A stretch of DNA of 62,895 nt, the filler included, from Methanobacteriota archaeon (GTDB taxonomy: Archaea > JACRDV01): the NCBI GenBank assembly GCA_024860865.1. It is 8 parts of 8 records of this genome, joined end to end, with 100 filler letters (N's around TTAATTAATTAA, not from the genome) between each part and the next. Parts side by side here need not be neighbours in the genome. Positions count along the whole stretch, not along the records: positions 31,533 to 40,104 come from JACRDV010000025.1; positions 40,205 to 47,381 come from JACRDV010000151.1; positions 47,482 to 59,812 come from JACRDV010000153.1; 5 more parts are not named here. One strand, 5' to 3'. A program made the position numbers and the translations under genes. The notes under the pieces were generated by a model. That model saw only the letters and a program-made list of their open reading frames with translations, was not told the DNA's origin and did not search any database. Within the stretch, counting starts at the first letter, position 1, and each line of letters starts with the position of its first letter. Below, piece after piece: positions 37,971 to 48,697 of this stretch.

Positions 37971-39608
37971 TTAAAGCTCTTCCTCACCCGGCGGTGAAGG
38001 CGGAGTCGGTGGTCTGCCTTTTTCCATAGCTGCTGCTGCAATAACATCATCGATTCTAAGAATCATCACTGCTGCTTCAGCTGCTGATTTTATTGCTTGA
38101 GTTTTAACTCTAAGGGGTTCTAAAACTCCTTTATTTATCATATCTACGGCTTTGCCTTCAAAAACATCAAGCCCAACCCACCTGCCATCTGCTTCGTGTT
38201 TTGCCCTGAGTTCGATTAACATGTCAATTGGATCAAGACCTGCATTTTCTGCCAATGATCTTGGGATAACCTCTAGTGAGTCTGCAAAAGCTTCTATAGC
38301 AAGCTGTTCTCTGCCCCCAATTTTCGCAGCATGTGCTCTAAGTTTCTTTGCAAGCTCAATCTCTGGAGCTCCACCACCTGCTACATACTTACCATCCTCT
38401 ATAGCTTTCGATACAACACAGAGTGCATCATGGATACCTCTTTCAACTTCATCAACCACATGCTCAGTTCCGCCTCTGGCAAGAATGCTGACTGCTTTTG
38501 GATCCTTGCAACCCTCAATAAAAGTCATTTCTTCTCCAGCAATCTTTCTCTCTTCTACAGCATCTGCAGAGCCTAAGTCATCTTTTGTTAAGTCTTTAAG
38601 GTTTGTAATTATTTTTCCACCAGTTGCTCTTGCAAGTTTTTTCATGTCAGATTCTGAAACTCTCTTAACTGCAAAAATTTCTTCCTTTGCTAGATAATGC
38701 TCAGCAAGATCATCAATACCTTTCTGGCAAAAAACTACATTTGCTCCGCTGGCTTTTATTTTTTCAACCATCTCTCTGAGCATTTTTTCTTCTTCAGCAA
38801 GAAAGGCTTTTAATTGATCTGGATCAGTAATTCGAATCTCTGCACTAACTTCAGTCTTTTTAACTTCGAGCGCTACAGCGAGCAAAGCAATTTTTGCATT
38901 ATCAACCCTTAAAGGCATCCCAGAATGGGCCCTTTCTTTATCAAAAACAATGCCTTTAATCAGCTGAGTATCTCCAATGCTTGCGCCCTGTTTCTTTTCA
39001 ACTTTGATATTATCTATGTCGACTCCAATTTTTTCATCTGTTTTTTCCATAACTTGCTTAACCGCTTGAACAGCTATTCTAGCAAGATATTCTCCTGCAA
39101 TTTCAACTTCTCTGCCACTCATAGAAGTTACTGCAATTTTCTTTAAGATATCTTCTTGGTCTGGTGAGACATTTTCTGCAATTTGATTTAGTATTTTTAT
39201 GCACTCTTCTGCGGCCATTCTATAGCCTTTAGTTATTACACTGGAGTGGATTTCTTGATCGAGCAATCCCTCCGCTTTTTTGAGAAGCTCTCCGGCTAGA
39301 ACAACTGCAGTTGTAGTTCCATCTCCAACTTCTTCATCTATAGTTTCTGCGACTTCAACCATCATTTTAGCAGCTGGATGCTGGATGTCCATTTCTTTTA
39401 GTATTGTTACTCCATCGTTAGTAATAACCACATCTCCTAAACTGTCTACTAACATTTTGTCCATACCCTTAGGACCTAATGTTGTTCTAACTGCTTCAGC
39501 AACAACTCTAGCAGCTAGAATATTCATCCTTTGAGCATCGCGCCCAAGGAAGCGCTGGGCCTTTTCAGGCAAGATCAACACTGGTTGACCACTTAATTGA
39601 GTTCCCAT
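37971..39608 (-). CDS. ths: Thermosome (group II chaperonin) subunit
   Basis: [24 protein letters not shown]. Confidence 0.97.
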   Translation of the reverse strand: MGTQLSGQPVLILPEKAQRFLGRDAQRMNILAARVVAEAVRTTLGPKGMDKMLVDSLGDVVITNDGVTILKEMDIQHPAAKMMVEVAETIDEEVGDGTTTAVVLAGELLKKAEGLLDQEIHSSVITKGYRMAAEECIKILNQIAENVSPDQEDILKKIAVTSMSGREVEIAGEYLARIAVQAVKQVMEKTDEKIGVDIDNIKVEKKQGASIGDTQLIKGIVFDKERAHSGMPLRVDNAKIALLAVALEVKKTEVSAEIRITDPDQLKAFLAEEEKMLREMVEKIKASGANVVFCQKGIDDLAEHYLAKEEIFAVKRVSESDMKKLARATGGKIITNLKDLTKDDLGSADAVEERKIAGEEMTFIEGCKDPKAVSILARGGTEHVVDEVERGIHDALCVVSKAIEDGKYVAGGGAPEIELAKKLRAHAAKIGGREQLAIEAFADSLEVIPRSLAENAGLDPIDMLIELRAKHEADGRWVGLDVFEGKAVDMINKGVLEPLRVKTQAIKSAAEAAVMILRIDDVIAAAAMEKGRPPTPPSPPGEEEL

Positions 39609-39715
39609 TTTCTCCCTCCAAAAATCAAGTTTTGAGCGTTAAATGTAATGTTACTATAAATAGTTTTATCATCCGATTAAAAGTTTTTGGCAAGTATTAA
39701 ATATTTAGGTGCTAT

Positions 39716-39883
39716 GTTCTGTTGCATTTTCGGGACTTGAAAAATAATTTTTTCTCATCTGCCCACAGCCTTTAATGCAACTTCTGGGCTTAGGCTCGGC
39801 GGATTAGAGTTCATTGATCCCCCGTTCCGCTTCAACACTGCATTTGCCCAGCTATCTGGAGTGAACCGCACTCCTTCATCTTG
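39716..39883 (-). ncRNA. TnpB omegaRNA scaffold / element right end overlapping the tnpB 3' end
   Basis: Hairpin GGAGTG-CGGTT-CACTCC; ends ...CGAAAATGCAACAGAAC, shared with 33171-33192. Confidence 0.75.
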
Positions 39884-40104
39884 GGTTTTTAACAAATTGA
39901 TTGCAGCATTAAGCTGCCTGTCTATTAATCCACACTTGGGGCAGCTTGCAAGGTGTACATTCAAGTATTCCAAATTTGACCCACATATCGTGCACCTTTG
40001 CGAAGTCCCCTTTGGGTTTACTTCGATTATTTTGGCTCCTTCCCAGAGAGCTTTATACTTTATAAAATTTTGAAGCCTCCTCATGCAAGCTTGGTTTAGC
40101 CTTC
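39755..40104 (-). mobile_element. tnpB: IS200/IS605-group TnpB C-terminus (5' lost at contig end); RuvC-III reads DRQ
   Basis: IKYKA...VNPKGTSQRCTICG...CPKCG..DRQLNAAINL. Confidence 0.9.
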
Positions 40105-40204
40105 NNNNNNNNNNNNNNNNNNNNNNNNNNNNNNNNNNNNNNNNNNNNTTAATTAATTAANNNNNNNNNNNNNNNNNNNNNNNNNNNNNNNNNNNNNNNN
40201 NNNN

Positions 40205-40449
40205 TCTTCAACTCTATGAATAACAAAACGAAAGGCATTTGGCAATGAAACTGCAGTTGGGCGCGTTTTTAATAGAAGCTCTTCAACCTCTCGTAGTTCA
40301 GCTAAAAATTTCTCTCTAGAAGGAGCTTTAGATTCAAATGCCATAATTCTTAAAGCTTCAGCGCCAGCGCGAGCTGTTTTTCCAGCCCCGCGAATCTCCA
40401 TGTTTTGGATTTTTTTAGCAATTTTCAAAATTTTAGCCGGAATTTTCAA
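40205..40449 (-). CDS. Ribose-1,5-bisphosphate isomerase (eIF2B-like), 3' partial
   Basis: MEIRGAG and TRPTAVSLPNA. Confidence 0.85.
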
Positions 40450-40510
40450 ATTTAACCCTTAGAAAAATTTGTTTTCCTTTTAAATATATGTTAATGAAAT
40501 ATTTTGCTCT

Positions 40511-41416
40511 ATGGTATCAATAGTAGCGTTGGGATCTGCCAATGTCGATTTTATAGCAACAGTTGAGGCATTGCCAAAGAAAGGCAGTGAGGTTTTAGTT
40601 TATGAGTTATATCGATCACCAGGAGGGTCCGCTTCAAATTTTGCAGTGGGCATAAAAAGACTCGGACTGTCTTCTGGAATAATCGCAAAGGTTGGTAATG
40701 ATCAAATAGGAAAATTTTTAATTAAAGATTTTCGAAAGGAAGGAGTTGACATTTCTTGTGTGAAGGTTGAGAAAGGCATTCAAACTGGAACAGTTTTTAT
40801 TGCTGTCACAAAAGATGGTGAACGCTCGATGTTTTCATTCAGAGGAGCTAATGCGAAGATATCAGTAAATGATCTGGATCCAAAGTACATAGCTCAAGCA
40901 AAAGTTTTGCATGTAACTGGTACTTTAATTGAAGTTGCTGAAGCCGCAATGAGATGTGCCAAAAAAGCTGGAGTATTAGTTTCTTTTGATCCGGGGAGTA
41001 TTTTAGCATCGAGGGGATTAAATTATTTAAAAAAAGCGCTCATGAAAACTGATTTTTTTCTGCCAAATGAGGCTGAGCTAAAAAAAATTACTAATCTACC
41101 AACAATAGATAAAGCAGCAAATGTTATGCTTAAATTCGGAATAAAATATATTGTAGTTAAGCGCGGGAATCTTGGTTGTCGTGTTTATACAGAAGAAGAG
41201 AAAATTGATGTACCAGCTTTTAAAGTGAAAGTAATTGATGCAACTGGTGCTGGTGATGCTTTCTCAGCAGGTTTTATTTTTGGTTACTTGAAAAATTTTA
41301 ATTTAGAAAAAGCTGCTGAAGTAGGAAATGCAACTGCAGCATTTTGTATAGCCAGAAAAGGTGCAAGAGCGCTCCCATCACAAAAGCAATTGGAAGCCTT
41401 TTTAAATACCCGCTGA
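40511..41416 (+). CDS. PfkB/ribokinase-family carbohydrate kinase
   Basis: PGGSASN and DATGAGDAF. Confidence 0.93.
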   Translation: MVSIVALGSANVDFIATVEALPKKGSEVLVYELYRSPGGSASNFAVGIKRLGLSSGIIAKVGNDQIGKFLIKDFRKEGVDISCVKVEKGIQTGTVFIAVTKDGERSMFSFRGANAKISVNDLDPKYIAQAKVLHVTGTLIEVAEAAMRCAKKAGVLVSFDPGSILASRGLNYLKKALMKTDFFLPNEAELKKITNLPTIDKAANVMLKFGIKYIVVKRGNLGCRVYTEEEKIDVPAFKVKVIDATGAGDAFSAGFIFGYLKNFNLEKAAEVGNATAAFCIARKGARALPSQKQLEAFLNTR

Positions 41417-41580
41417 CTTTTGTTTGCCTAGCTTTGTTAGAAATCTTAACCACAGCACTTCGCATAGGTAGGAAAACCTCCAATTCGAAAACAAATTAAC
41501 GTTTTTTAAAAAGTGTCGGCCAATTGTCTGACTAAAATATTAATGTCAGTTTGTTACAATTTACTCTCCTAGGTGATATC

Positions 41581-42675
41581 TTGGCTACTGAAATTAATGT
41601 AGTGAATGAGCAGAAAGCAGCCCTTGATGTTGATCAAGAGCTTCAACAACTTCTTGAGCGAATAAAAACAAAAATTGTAGTTGTTGGAACTGGTGGAGCT
41701 GGTTGCAATACAATATCCAGGATGTACGAAGTTGGTATCGAAGGCGCACAGCTTATTGCAATGAATACAGATGCCCAACACTTGTTTATCACAAAGTCTC
41801 CAAGGAAACTTTTACTGGGGAAAGAGCTAACAGGAGGCCTAGGAGCAGGAAGCACACCAACTATTGGCGAAGAAGCAGCAAAAGAAAGTGAGCGCGGAAT
41901 TAAAGAGACACTTCAAGGAGCTGATATGGTTTTCATTGCCTGCGGATTAGGCGGTGGAACTGGGAGTGGTTCAGCTCCAGTCATTGGTGAGTTGGCAACT
42001 AAAATAGGTGCATTAACTATAGCTATTGTAACAATGCCTTTCAGTGTTGAAGGATTGATTCGCAGAGAAAATGCAGAAATGTGTCTTGAAAGACTTCAAA
42101 AAGCTGTTGATACCGTTATTGTAATACCAAACGATAAGTTACTAGATGTTTGTCCTAACTTGCCTCTTCAAGCGGCGTTTAAAGTTTGCGACGAAATTTT
42201 AATGCGATCAGTTAAAGGAATTACAGAAATGGTCACCAAACCAGGATTAGTTAACCTTGACTTTTCTGACATTAGAACTATCATGGAGCACGGTGGGCTT
42301 GCAATGATCGGCCTCGGAGAATCTGACTCAGAAAACAGAGTGACTGAAGTGGTCGAGTCGGCAATAAATAGTCCGTTGATTGATGTCGATATAACTGGCG
42401 CTAAAGGAGCTTTAATAAATATAACAGGTGGACCAGACCTTACAGTTTCTGAAGCTGAAAAGATTGTTCAAGGAGTTTCTGATAAATTAGACCCGCGCGC
42501 TCACGTGATATGGGGGGCACAAATAGACGGCAATTTAGGTAATGCGCTCAGAGTGTTGTCAATTGTGACTGGAGTAGAGTCCCCGCATATACTTGGGCGT
42601 GCTAAAGCCCCCTCTCCTGCCCCATCCCTAACCCCTGAGCAAAAAGCACATGTAGGTATTGATTTCATAGGGTAG
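41581..42675 (+). CDS. ftsZ: Cell division protein FtsZ
   Basis: [29 protein letters not shown] before TTG 41581. Confidence 0.97.
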   Translation: MATEINVVNEQKAALDVDQELQQLLERIKTKIVVVGTGGAGCNTISRMYEVGIEGAQLIAMNTDAQHLFITKSPRKLLLGKELTGGLGAGSTPTIGEEAAKESERGIKETLQGADMVFIACGLGGGTGSGSAPVIGELATKIGALTIAIVTMPFSVEGLIRRENAEMCLERLQKAVDTVIVIPNDKLLDVCPNLPLQAAFKVCDEILMRSVKGITEMVTKPGLVNLDFSDIRTIMEHGGLAMIGLGESDSENRVTEVVESAINSPLIDVDITGAKGALINITGGPDLTVSEAEKIVQGVSDKLDPRAHVIWGAQIDGNLGNALRVLSIVTGVESPHILGRAKAPSPAPSLTPEQKAHVGIDFIG

Positions 42676-42688
42676 TTGGGGATAAAAT

Positions 42689-42877
42689 ATTGGCGTTATA
42701 GAAAGGTTGCGCAACTTTATTGATGATGCCAAACGTATTTTACGGGTATCAAAGAAACCGAGCCGAGATGAGTACTGGATAGTGGCAAAAGTCACTGGGA
42801 TTGGCATTATTATAGTAGGTATTATTGGATTAATTATCCAAGTTATAACCTTCATTTTGAGCAGGTTACGGCCGTAA
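42689..42877 (+). CDS. secE: Protein translocase SecE/Sec61-gamma
   Basis: Missed by the ORF track. RILRVSKKPSRDEY plus TM; conserved position between ftsZ and spt5; start ATT 42689 or TTG 42707. Confidence 0.9.
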   Translation: MGVIERLRNFIDDAKRILRVSKKPSRDEYWIVAKVTGIGIIIVGIIGLIIQVITFILSRLRP

Positions 42878-42969
42878 GTTTTTAATAATCTATTTTCCAA
42901 ACTAGATTCTCAAAATTTTGCCTTTTTAGGTCTTAACTTTATAGTTTATAATCTATAATAAAAGGGGTT

Positions 42970-43458
42970 TTGAACTTGGCAGAAGAAAAAGAAGCGAAAA
43001 AACTCAGCGTTTATGCCCTTCGAACAACAATTGGGCAAGAAAAAAACGTAGCTGATATGCTAGCTGCCCGAGTGAAGGTGCAAAAACTTAATATCTCAAG
43101 CATTCTTGTACCTGAGGGGCTAAAGGGATATGTTTTAGTGGAGGCTCCTGCTGAAGCAGAATCGCAACTTGTAGCGATTAAAATTCCGCATGCTAGGGGA
43201 ATAGTTACCGGAATAACCGAAACAAAGGAAGTGTCTCACTTTCTAGAGCCAAAACCAGTTATTGCCGGCATTGAGGAGGGCTATACCGTTGAGCTGATCT
43301 CAGGGCCATTCAAAGGTGAAAAAGCTAGAGTTATTCGAGTTGATAAAAGCAAAGAAGAAATTACAGTTGAACTTTTTGAAGCAACTGTTCCAATCCCAGT
43401 TACTGTCCGCGGCGACCATGTAAGAGTTTTAGAAAAGGAGAAAGAAGTAAGTGGCTGA
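42970..43458 (+). CDS. spt5: Transcription elongation factor Spt5/NusG
   Basis: [12 protein letters not shown] domain; ISGPFKG KOW. Confidence 0.95.
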   Translation: MNLAEEKEAKKLSVYALRTTIGQEKNVADMLAARVKVQKLNISSILVPEGLKGYVLVEAPAEAESQLVAIKIPHARGIVTGITETKEVSHFLEPKPVIAGIEEGYTVELISGPFKGEKARVIRVDKSKEEITVELFEATVPIPVTVRGDHVRVLEKEKEVSG

Positions 43459-43939
43459 AAAAACATCCCTTGACATTTTGATTGAAGGTGGCAAGGCAAC
43501 GCCTGGACCTCCAATTGGAAGTGCACTTGGTCCACTTGGTGTGAATGTTGCTAAAGTAGTTGAGACTATCAATGAAAAAACGAAAGAATTTGCTGGAATG
43601 CAAGTTCCGGTTAAAGTCATAATTGATAAAGCTTCAAAGGAATTTGAAATTCAAATTGGGACTCCTCCAGCTTCGGCACTAATTAAGCGTGAGCTCAAAC
43701 TTGAAAAAGGTTCGGCTACACCTAAAACCCAAGTTGTTGGGAATTTAACAATGGAACAAGTTATTAAAATAACAAAGATGAAAATCGACGAGATGTTGGC
43801 CTCTGATTTAAAGGCAGCGGCAAAAGAAATAGTGGGTTCATGTGTGAGTTTGGGAATAACTATAGAAGGCAAACCTGCAAAAGAGGTTATTAAAGAAATT
43901 AGCGAAGGTAAATATGATCAACTGTTTGTGAAGGTATAA
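43451..43939 (+). CDS. rpl11: 50S ribosomal protein L11
   Basis: [16 protein letters not shown]. Confidence 0.97.
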   Translation: MAEKTSLDILIEGGKATPGPPIGSALGPLGVNVAKVVETINEKTKEFAGMQVPVKVIIDKASKEFEIQIGTPPASALIKRELKLEKGSATPKTQVVGNLTMEQVIKITKMKIDEMLASDLKAAAKEIVGSCVSLGITIEGKPAKEVIKEISEGKYDQLFVKV

Positions 43940-43941
43940 TA

Positions 43942-44583
43942 ATGGCTAAAATAGCTGAAGCTGTTCAAAAAGCAAGGACTGCTGGCAAGCAAAGAAATTT
44001 CACGCAATCTATTGACTTAGTTATTAACTTGCGGGAAATTGACCTGAGCAAGCCAGAAAATAGAATTAATGAAGAAATAGTTTTACCCCATGGCAGAGGA
44101 AGAGATATTAAAGTAGCTGTAATCGCTGATGGTGAACTTGCGCTTCAAGCTCAAAAAGCTGGTGCAGATTTAGTTATCACTAGAAAAGAAATAGAAGAAT
44201 ATGCTAAAGATAAGAAAAAACTCAAACAAATTGCTAATGTGCATAAATTCTTTGTAGCTCAAACGGATATTATGCCTTTGGTTGGAAAGCACTTTGGACC
44301 AGTTCTTGGTCCGCGAGGTAAAATGCCGAAACCAGTTCCGTCAAATATTGCCATTGTACCTTTGCTCGAAAGATTAAAAAAAACCGTTAGGTTGCAATTA
44401 AAAGAGAGGCCTATATTGCATGTAGTTATTGGAAATGAAAAGATGGATAATGAAAAAATAGCGGAGAATGTTGAGGCAGTTCTAGCTCGTTTAGAGATGG
44501 CACTTGATAAGGGCAAGAACCAAATAGGATCTGTTTACATTAAATCTACTATGGGCAGTCCTGTTAAACTCGATATTAGGTGA
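43942..44583 (+). CDS. rpl1: 50S ribosomal protein L1
   Basis: RNFTQSIDL, LGPRGKMP, KSTMG. Confidence 0.97.
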   Translation: MAKIAEAVQKARTAGKQRNFTQSIDLVINLREIDLSKPENRINEEIVLPHGRGRDIKVAVIADGELALQAQKAGADLVITRKEIEEYAKDKKKLKQIANVHKFFVAQTDIMPLVGKHFGPVLGPRGKMPKPVPSNIAIVPLLERLKKTVRLQLKERPILHVVIGNEKMDNEKIAENVEAVLARLEMALDKGKNQIGSVYIKSTMGSPVKLDIR

Positions 44584-45590
44584 AACAAATGCCAGCTCAG
44601 TGGAAAGTTGAAACGGTCCAAGATTTAAAGGCCACAATTTCTCAGTACCCGGTTGTTGGTGTAATTAATTTATTCAAGATGCCGAGTAGGCAACTTCAGC
44701 AGATGAAAAGAAGTTTGCGCGATTCAGCGGCGCTTAAAATTTCCCGCAAAAATTTGATTAAATTAGCTCTCGAAGAAACTTCAAAAGAAAACAGAAAGGG
44801 ACTGAATGAGTTAATCAAATACATCGATGGAATCCAACCTGCTTTAATTCTTACCAAAATGAATCCCTTTAAACTCTATAAGATCCTTGAGAAGGGGAAG
44901 GCAAAGGCCCCGGCTAGGGCCGGAGATTTAGCTCCCTACGATATAACCATTCCTCCCGGAGAAACACCATTCACACCCGGGCCTGTGATAGGCGAGTTTG
45001 CGAAAGTTGGAATTATTACCGAAGTTAAAGGCGGAAAAATTTGCATAAGCAAAGAAACTACAGTAGCAAAAAAAGGAGAGCCAATTAGAAGGGAAGTAGC
45101 AGATATTTTAATGAAACTTGGATTTGAACCAATGGAAATTGGGCTTGATTTAGTTGCAGCTTATGAAGATGGTTTAATTTTTGAAAAAAATGTTTTAAAA
45201 ATAGATGAGCAAAAAATAATTGGGAATATCCAACAAGCTTATATCGAAGTCATTAATTTAGCTGTGAGTGCTTCAATACCAAATAAAATATCTATCAATT
45301 TACTGGTTCAAAAAGCATTTTATGAAGTAAGAAATTTAGTTTTAACTGCTGGTTTGCCAACTCCAGCTCTAATGAAAGAGATAATTGAAAAAACACACGG
45401 AGAAATGTTGGCTTTAGCATCAAGTGTTGGATCAAAAGATAAAAAGGCATTAGATGAGGAATTAATTCAAAGGATGTCTGCTCAACCTGTTCCAATAGTT
45501 CCTGAGAAAAAAGAAGTTAAGCCTGAGGAAAAGAAGGAAGAAGAGAAGAAGGAAGAGGCGGTAGAAGGTTTGGCATCTTTGTTCGGTTAG
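44580..45590 (+). CDS. rpl10: 50S ribosomal protein L10 (P0)
   Basis: [21 protein letters not shown] tail. Confidence 0.96.
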   Translation: MKQMPAQWKVETVQDLKATISQYPVVGVINLFKMPSRQLQQMKRSLRDSAALKISRKNLIKLALEETSKENRKGLNELIKYIDGIQPALILTKMNPFKLYKILEKGKAKAPARAGDLAPYDITIPPGETPFTPGPVIGEFAKVGIITEVKGGKICISKETTVAKKGEPIRREVADILMKLGFEPMEIGLDLVAAYEDGLIFEKNVLKIDEQKIIGNIQQAYIEVINLAVSASIPNKISINLLVQKAFYEVRNLVLTAGLPTPALMKEIIEKTHGEMLALASSVGSKDKKALDEELIQRMSAQPVPIVPEKKEVKPEEKKEEEKKEEAVEGLASLFG

Positions 45591-45598
45591 ATTAGGAG

Positions 45599-45907
45599 GT
45601 GAAAAGAGTGGAGTACATCTATGCAGCTATGGTCTTGCATGCAGCAAAAAAACCAATTAATGAAGAGAATATCAACAAAGTCCTTCAAGCAGCGGGTATT
45701 AATGTTGATTCAACTAGGGCAAAAGCATTAGTTGCAGCGTTAGAAGGCATAAATATAGAAGAGGCTATTAAAACAGCGGCTCCAATAGCACCAGCAGCCG
45801 CACCAGCAGTTGCCCCGGCACCTGAGAAGAAAGAAGAGAAAAAGAAGGAAGAGGACGAGAAGAAGGAAGAAGCTGCCGTTGAAGGTCTTGCTTCCTTGTT
45901 TGGATAG
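45599..45907 (+). CDS. rpl12: 50S ribosomal protein L12 (P1)
   Basis: [10 protein letters not shown], Ala/Pro hinge, EGLASLFG. Confidence 0.96.
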   Translation: MKRVEYIYAAMVLHAAKKPINEENINKVLQAAGINVDSTRAKALVAALEGINIEEAIKTAAPIAPAAAPAVAPAPEKKEEKKKEEDEKKEEAAVEGLASLFG

Positions 45908-46070
45908 ACCTTTTTCCTCCTTTTTTATTGGAAAACTTTCTATTGTTTTGTTGGGTTATTATAATGCCAGTTATAACGTGCTTTAGGCTAGTTGTAAAAA
46001 TTTTTTTAAATTTAGCCAATAAACAAAGGATTTTTTAACCTCAATTCTCAACTCTATTTTTGGGAAATTA

Positions 46071-47381
46071 ATGAAAGAGTCAGAAGGATACCAAATCAGG
46101 CTATTTCAAGAACAAAAGTTTTACCGAAAACAGTGTCCTAGCTGCCAGCGATTTTTCTGGACCTTAGATCCAGACCGAAAGACATGCGGCGATGTACCTT
46201 GTGATGAATATGCATTTATTGGAAATCCACCCATTAAGCAGAAATATAACATTCATGAAATGCGCGAGACTTTTCTAAAATTTTTTGAAGAACATAATCA
46301 TACAAGAATAAAAAGATATCCAGTTGTTGCTTCGCGTTGGAGAGATGATGTCTACTTAACTGGCGCTTCGATTTATGATTTTCAACCATGGGTAACTTCT
46401 GGACAAATTCCGCCTCCAGCAAATCCTCTTACAATTGCTCAACCCTCAATCAGATTTACTGATATCGACAATGTCGGGCGGTCTGGCAGACATTTTACCT
46501 GCTTCGAAATGATGGCTCATCATGCGTTTAATTCTGAGCAGCAAAAAATCTATTGGATGGATGAAACAACCGAGTACTGCCACAAGTTTTTAGTTGACTG
46601 CCTTAAGCTAAAACCAGAAGAAATCAGTTATATCGAAGATTTTTGGGAGGGGGGAGGCAATGCAGGCGAGGACTTCGAAGTCTTAGTGTGCGGCTTAGAA
46701 CTTGCAACTCTTGTTTTTATGCACTATGAAAAAATTAATGGTCAATATAAAGAGCTGCCTCTTAAAATCGTTGACACTGGTTATGGGCTGGAAAGATTTG
46801 TTTGGCTAACCCACGGCACCCCTTCCGCGTATGAAGCAACATTAGGGCCTGCAATTTCAAAGCTAAAAAAATTAGTTGGTATTGAAGATATTGATAAAAA
46901 AATTTTGATCGAAAACGCAAAGTTTGCGGGTTTAATCGACCTAAAGGTTTCTGGCAATTTAAGATTGCTTAGGAGCAAAGTTGCTGAGAAAGTTGGATTG
47001 ACAGTTGAAGAACTTGAAAAGTTAGTAAAGCCATTTGAGGCCATTTATACTATTGCTGACCACTCTCGTTGCTTAGCTTTTATGTTTGGTGATGGAATTG
47101 TTCCATCAAATGTTCGAGAAGGATATCTTGCAAGGCTAGTTTTGAGAAGGGCTTTAAAATTTATGCGAGAAATTGGATTAGAAATCCCGCTTTCTGAAAT
47201 CGTAAAGATACACATAGATGACCTTGGCAATGATTTCCCTGAGCTTAAAGAAAATGAGCGCTATATTTTAGAAATCGTTGGTATTGAGGAAAAGAGATAT
47301 AGGGAGACTTTAGCTCGAGGCAGAAGATTAGTTGAGAAAACAAGCGATTATCTTGCTCGTGAAAATAAAACAGAAATGCCA
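46071..47381 (+). CDS. alaS: Alanyl-tRNA synthetase, 3' partial
   Basis: [32 protein letters not shown]. Confidence 0.97.
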
Positions 47382-47481
47382 NNNNNNNNNNNNNNNNNNN
47401 NNNNNNNNNNNNNNNNNNNNNNNNNTTAATTAATTAANNNNNNNNNNNNNNNNNNNNNNNNNNNNNNNNNNNNNNNNNNNN

Positions 47482-48498
47482 AAAAGTGCCATCTCTCCCA
47501 AAGACAAATTCTGGATAAATTACGCCCCCATTTTCTTCCCCGCCAACATAAGCATTCATTTCCTTAAGAGCTTTTGAAACATAAACATCTCCAACCTTAG
47601 TCTTAACTATTTTTGAACCGAACATTTTTGCGATATCATCGATTACCTGCGATGTTGCAACTGTAGTTATGACTGGCTCGCCCGGTTTAGCTTTAAGAAG
47701 ATAAAATGCTAAAATAGCAAGAGTTCGATCCCCAGATAAAATATTTCCATTTTCATCAACAACAACACAGCGGTCTCCATCTCCATCATGGGCAATTCCA
47801 AGGTCAGAACCTGTTGCAATAACAGCTTTTGAAAGATCTTTTAAATTCTCTGGAGTTGGCTCAGAATCTCGTCCAGGAAATGTCCCATCGAGCTGAGAAT
47901 TAAGGGTTATAATCTGACATCCAAGTTTTTGTAATAAAAATGGGGTGGTTAAACAAGTTGTTCCATTTCCAGGGTCAACAATTACTTTCAATTTAGTATT
48001 TTTAACTGGGCCTCTATCAACTAAGTCAAGAATAGTGTTATTATATGTATCAAGAAAATTTAAGTTAGTAATTTTTCCAACTTTGTTCCAAGGAACATAA
48101 TTAAACTTACCTTCAAACAGTATTTTTTCAATTGGTTCTGCTTCTTCCTTTGAAATTCCAATTCCATATTTACCAAGAAGTTTAATCCCATTATATTCAG
48201 GTGGGTTATGAGAAGCTGTTATAACTGTTCCACCATCTGCCTCCAAATATTTCGTTGCAAATTGAACACATGGTGTAGGGGCTATTCCAATTGAAATTAT
48301 GTTACAACCGGTGCTTACTAAACCAGAAACAACTGCGCTCTCTAACATCTCACCAGAAAGCCTAACATCTCTTCCAATCACAACAGTTTTATTTCCTCCG
48401 AGGAATGTGCCGAATGCTGCCCCAATTTTATAGGCCAATTCAGGGGTCAAAGTTTTTCCAACAATACCCCTTGTGCCAAATGTTCCGAAGAGACTCAT
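47482..48498 (-). CDS. Phosphoglucosamine/phosphomannomutase-family enzyme, 3' partial
   Basis: FGTFGTRG, TASHNP, DGDGDR, GEENG. Confidence 0.93.
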
Positions 48499-48656
48499 GC
48501 TCTCATCTAATGCAATTTGTGTTAAAACGTATTTTCTTACTTACTTGAATTTATAATATTTTTAAAACTGATTTGATAATCGAGGCTGATATAAGCAGTA
48601 TAAGAAGCTTGCTTCTTCTATAAATTGCCAACTAATGTTAAATTTATTATCTTTAA

Positions 48657-48683
48657 ACAACAATTATATATAAATATTGTTGT
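48657..48683 (+). promoter_or_regulatory. 8-bp inverted repeat straddling a TATA box
   Basis: ACAACAAT-TATATATAAAT-ATTGTTGT, 14 nt before ATG 48698. Confidence 0.55.
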
Positions 48684-48697
48684 AATAAAATAATAAT

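Noticed and set aside
38152-39534. Long antisense ORFs over the thermosome (and similar ones over ileS, the ribosomal genes and tauE)
   Set aside because: Codon-bias shadows of strongly conserved genes.
33171-39737. Shared ...GAAAATGCAAC(AGAAC) ends resembling type V-F CRISPR repeats
   Set aside because: Only two copies, 6.5 kb apart, with no spacer periodicity. They are better explained as IS right ends. No CRISPR array was seen in the window.
45510-45907. Repeat between the 3' ends of rpl10 and rpl12
   Set aside because: Known shared acidic EGLxxLFG stalk tail; ordinary.
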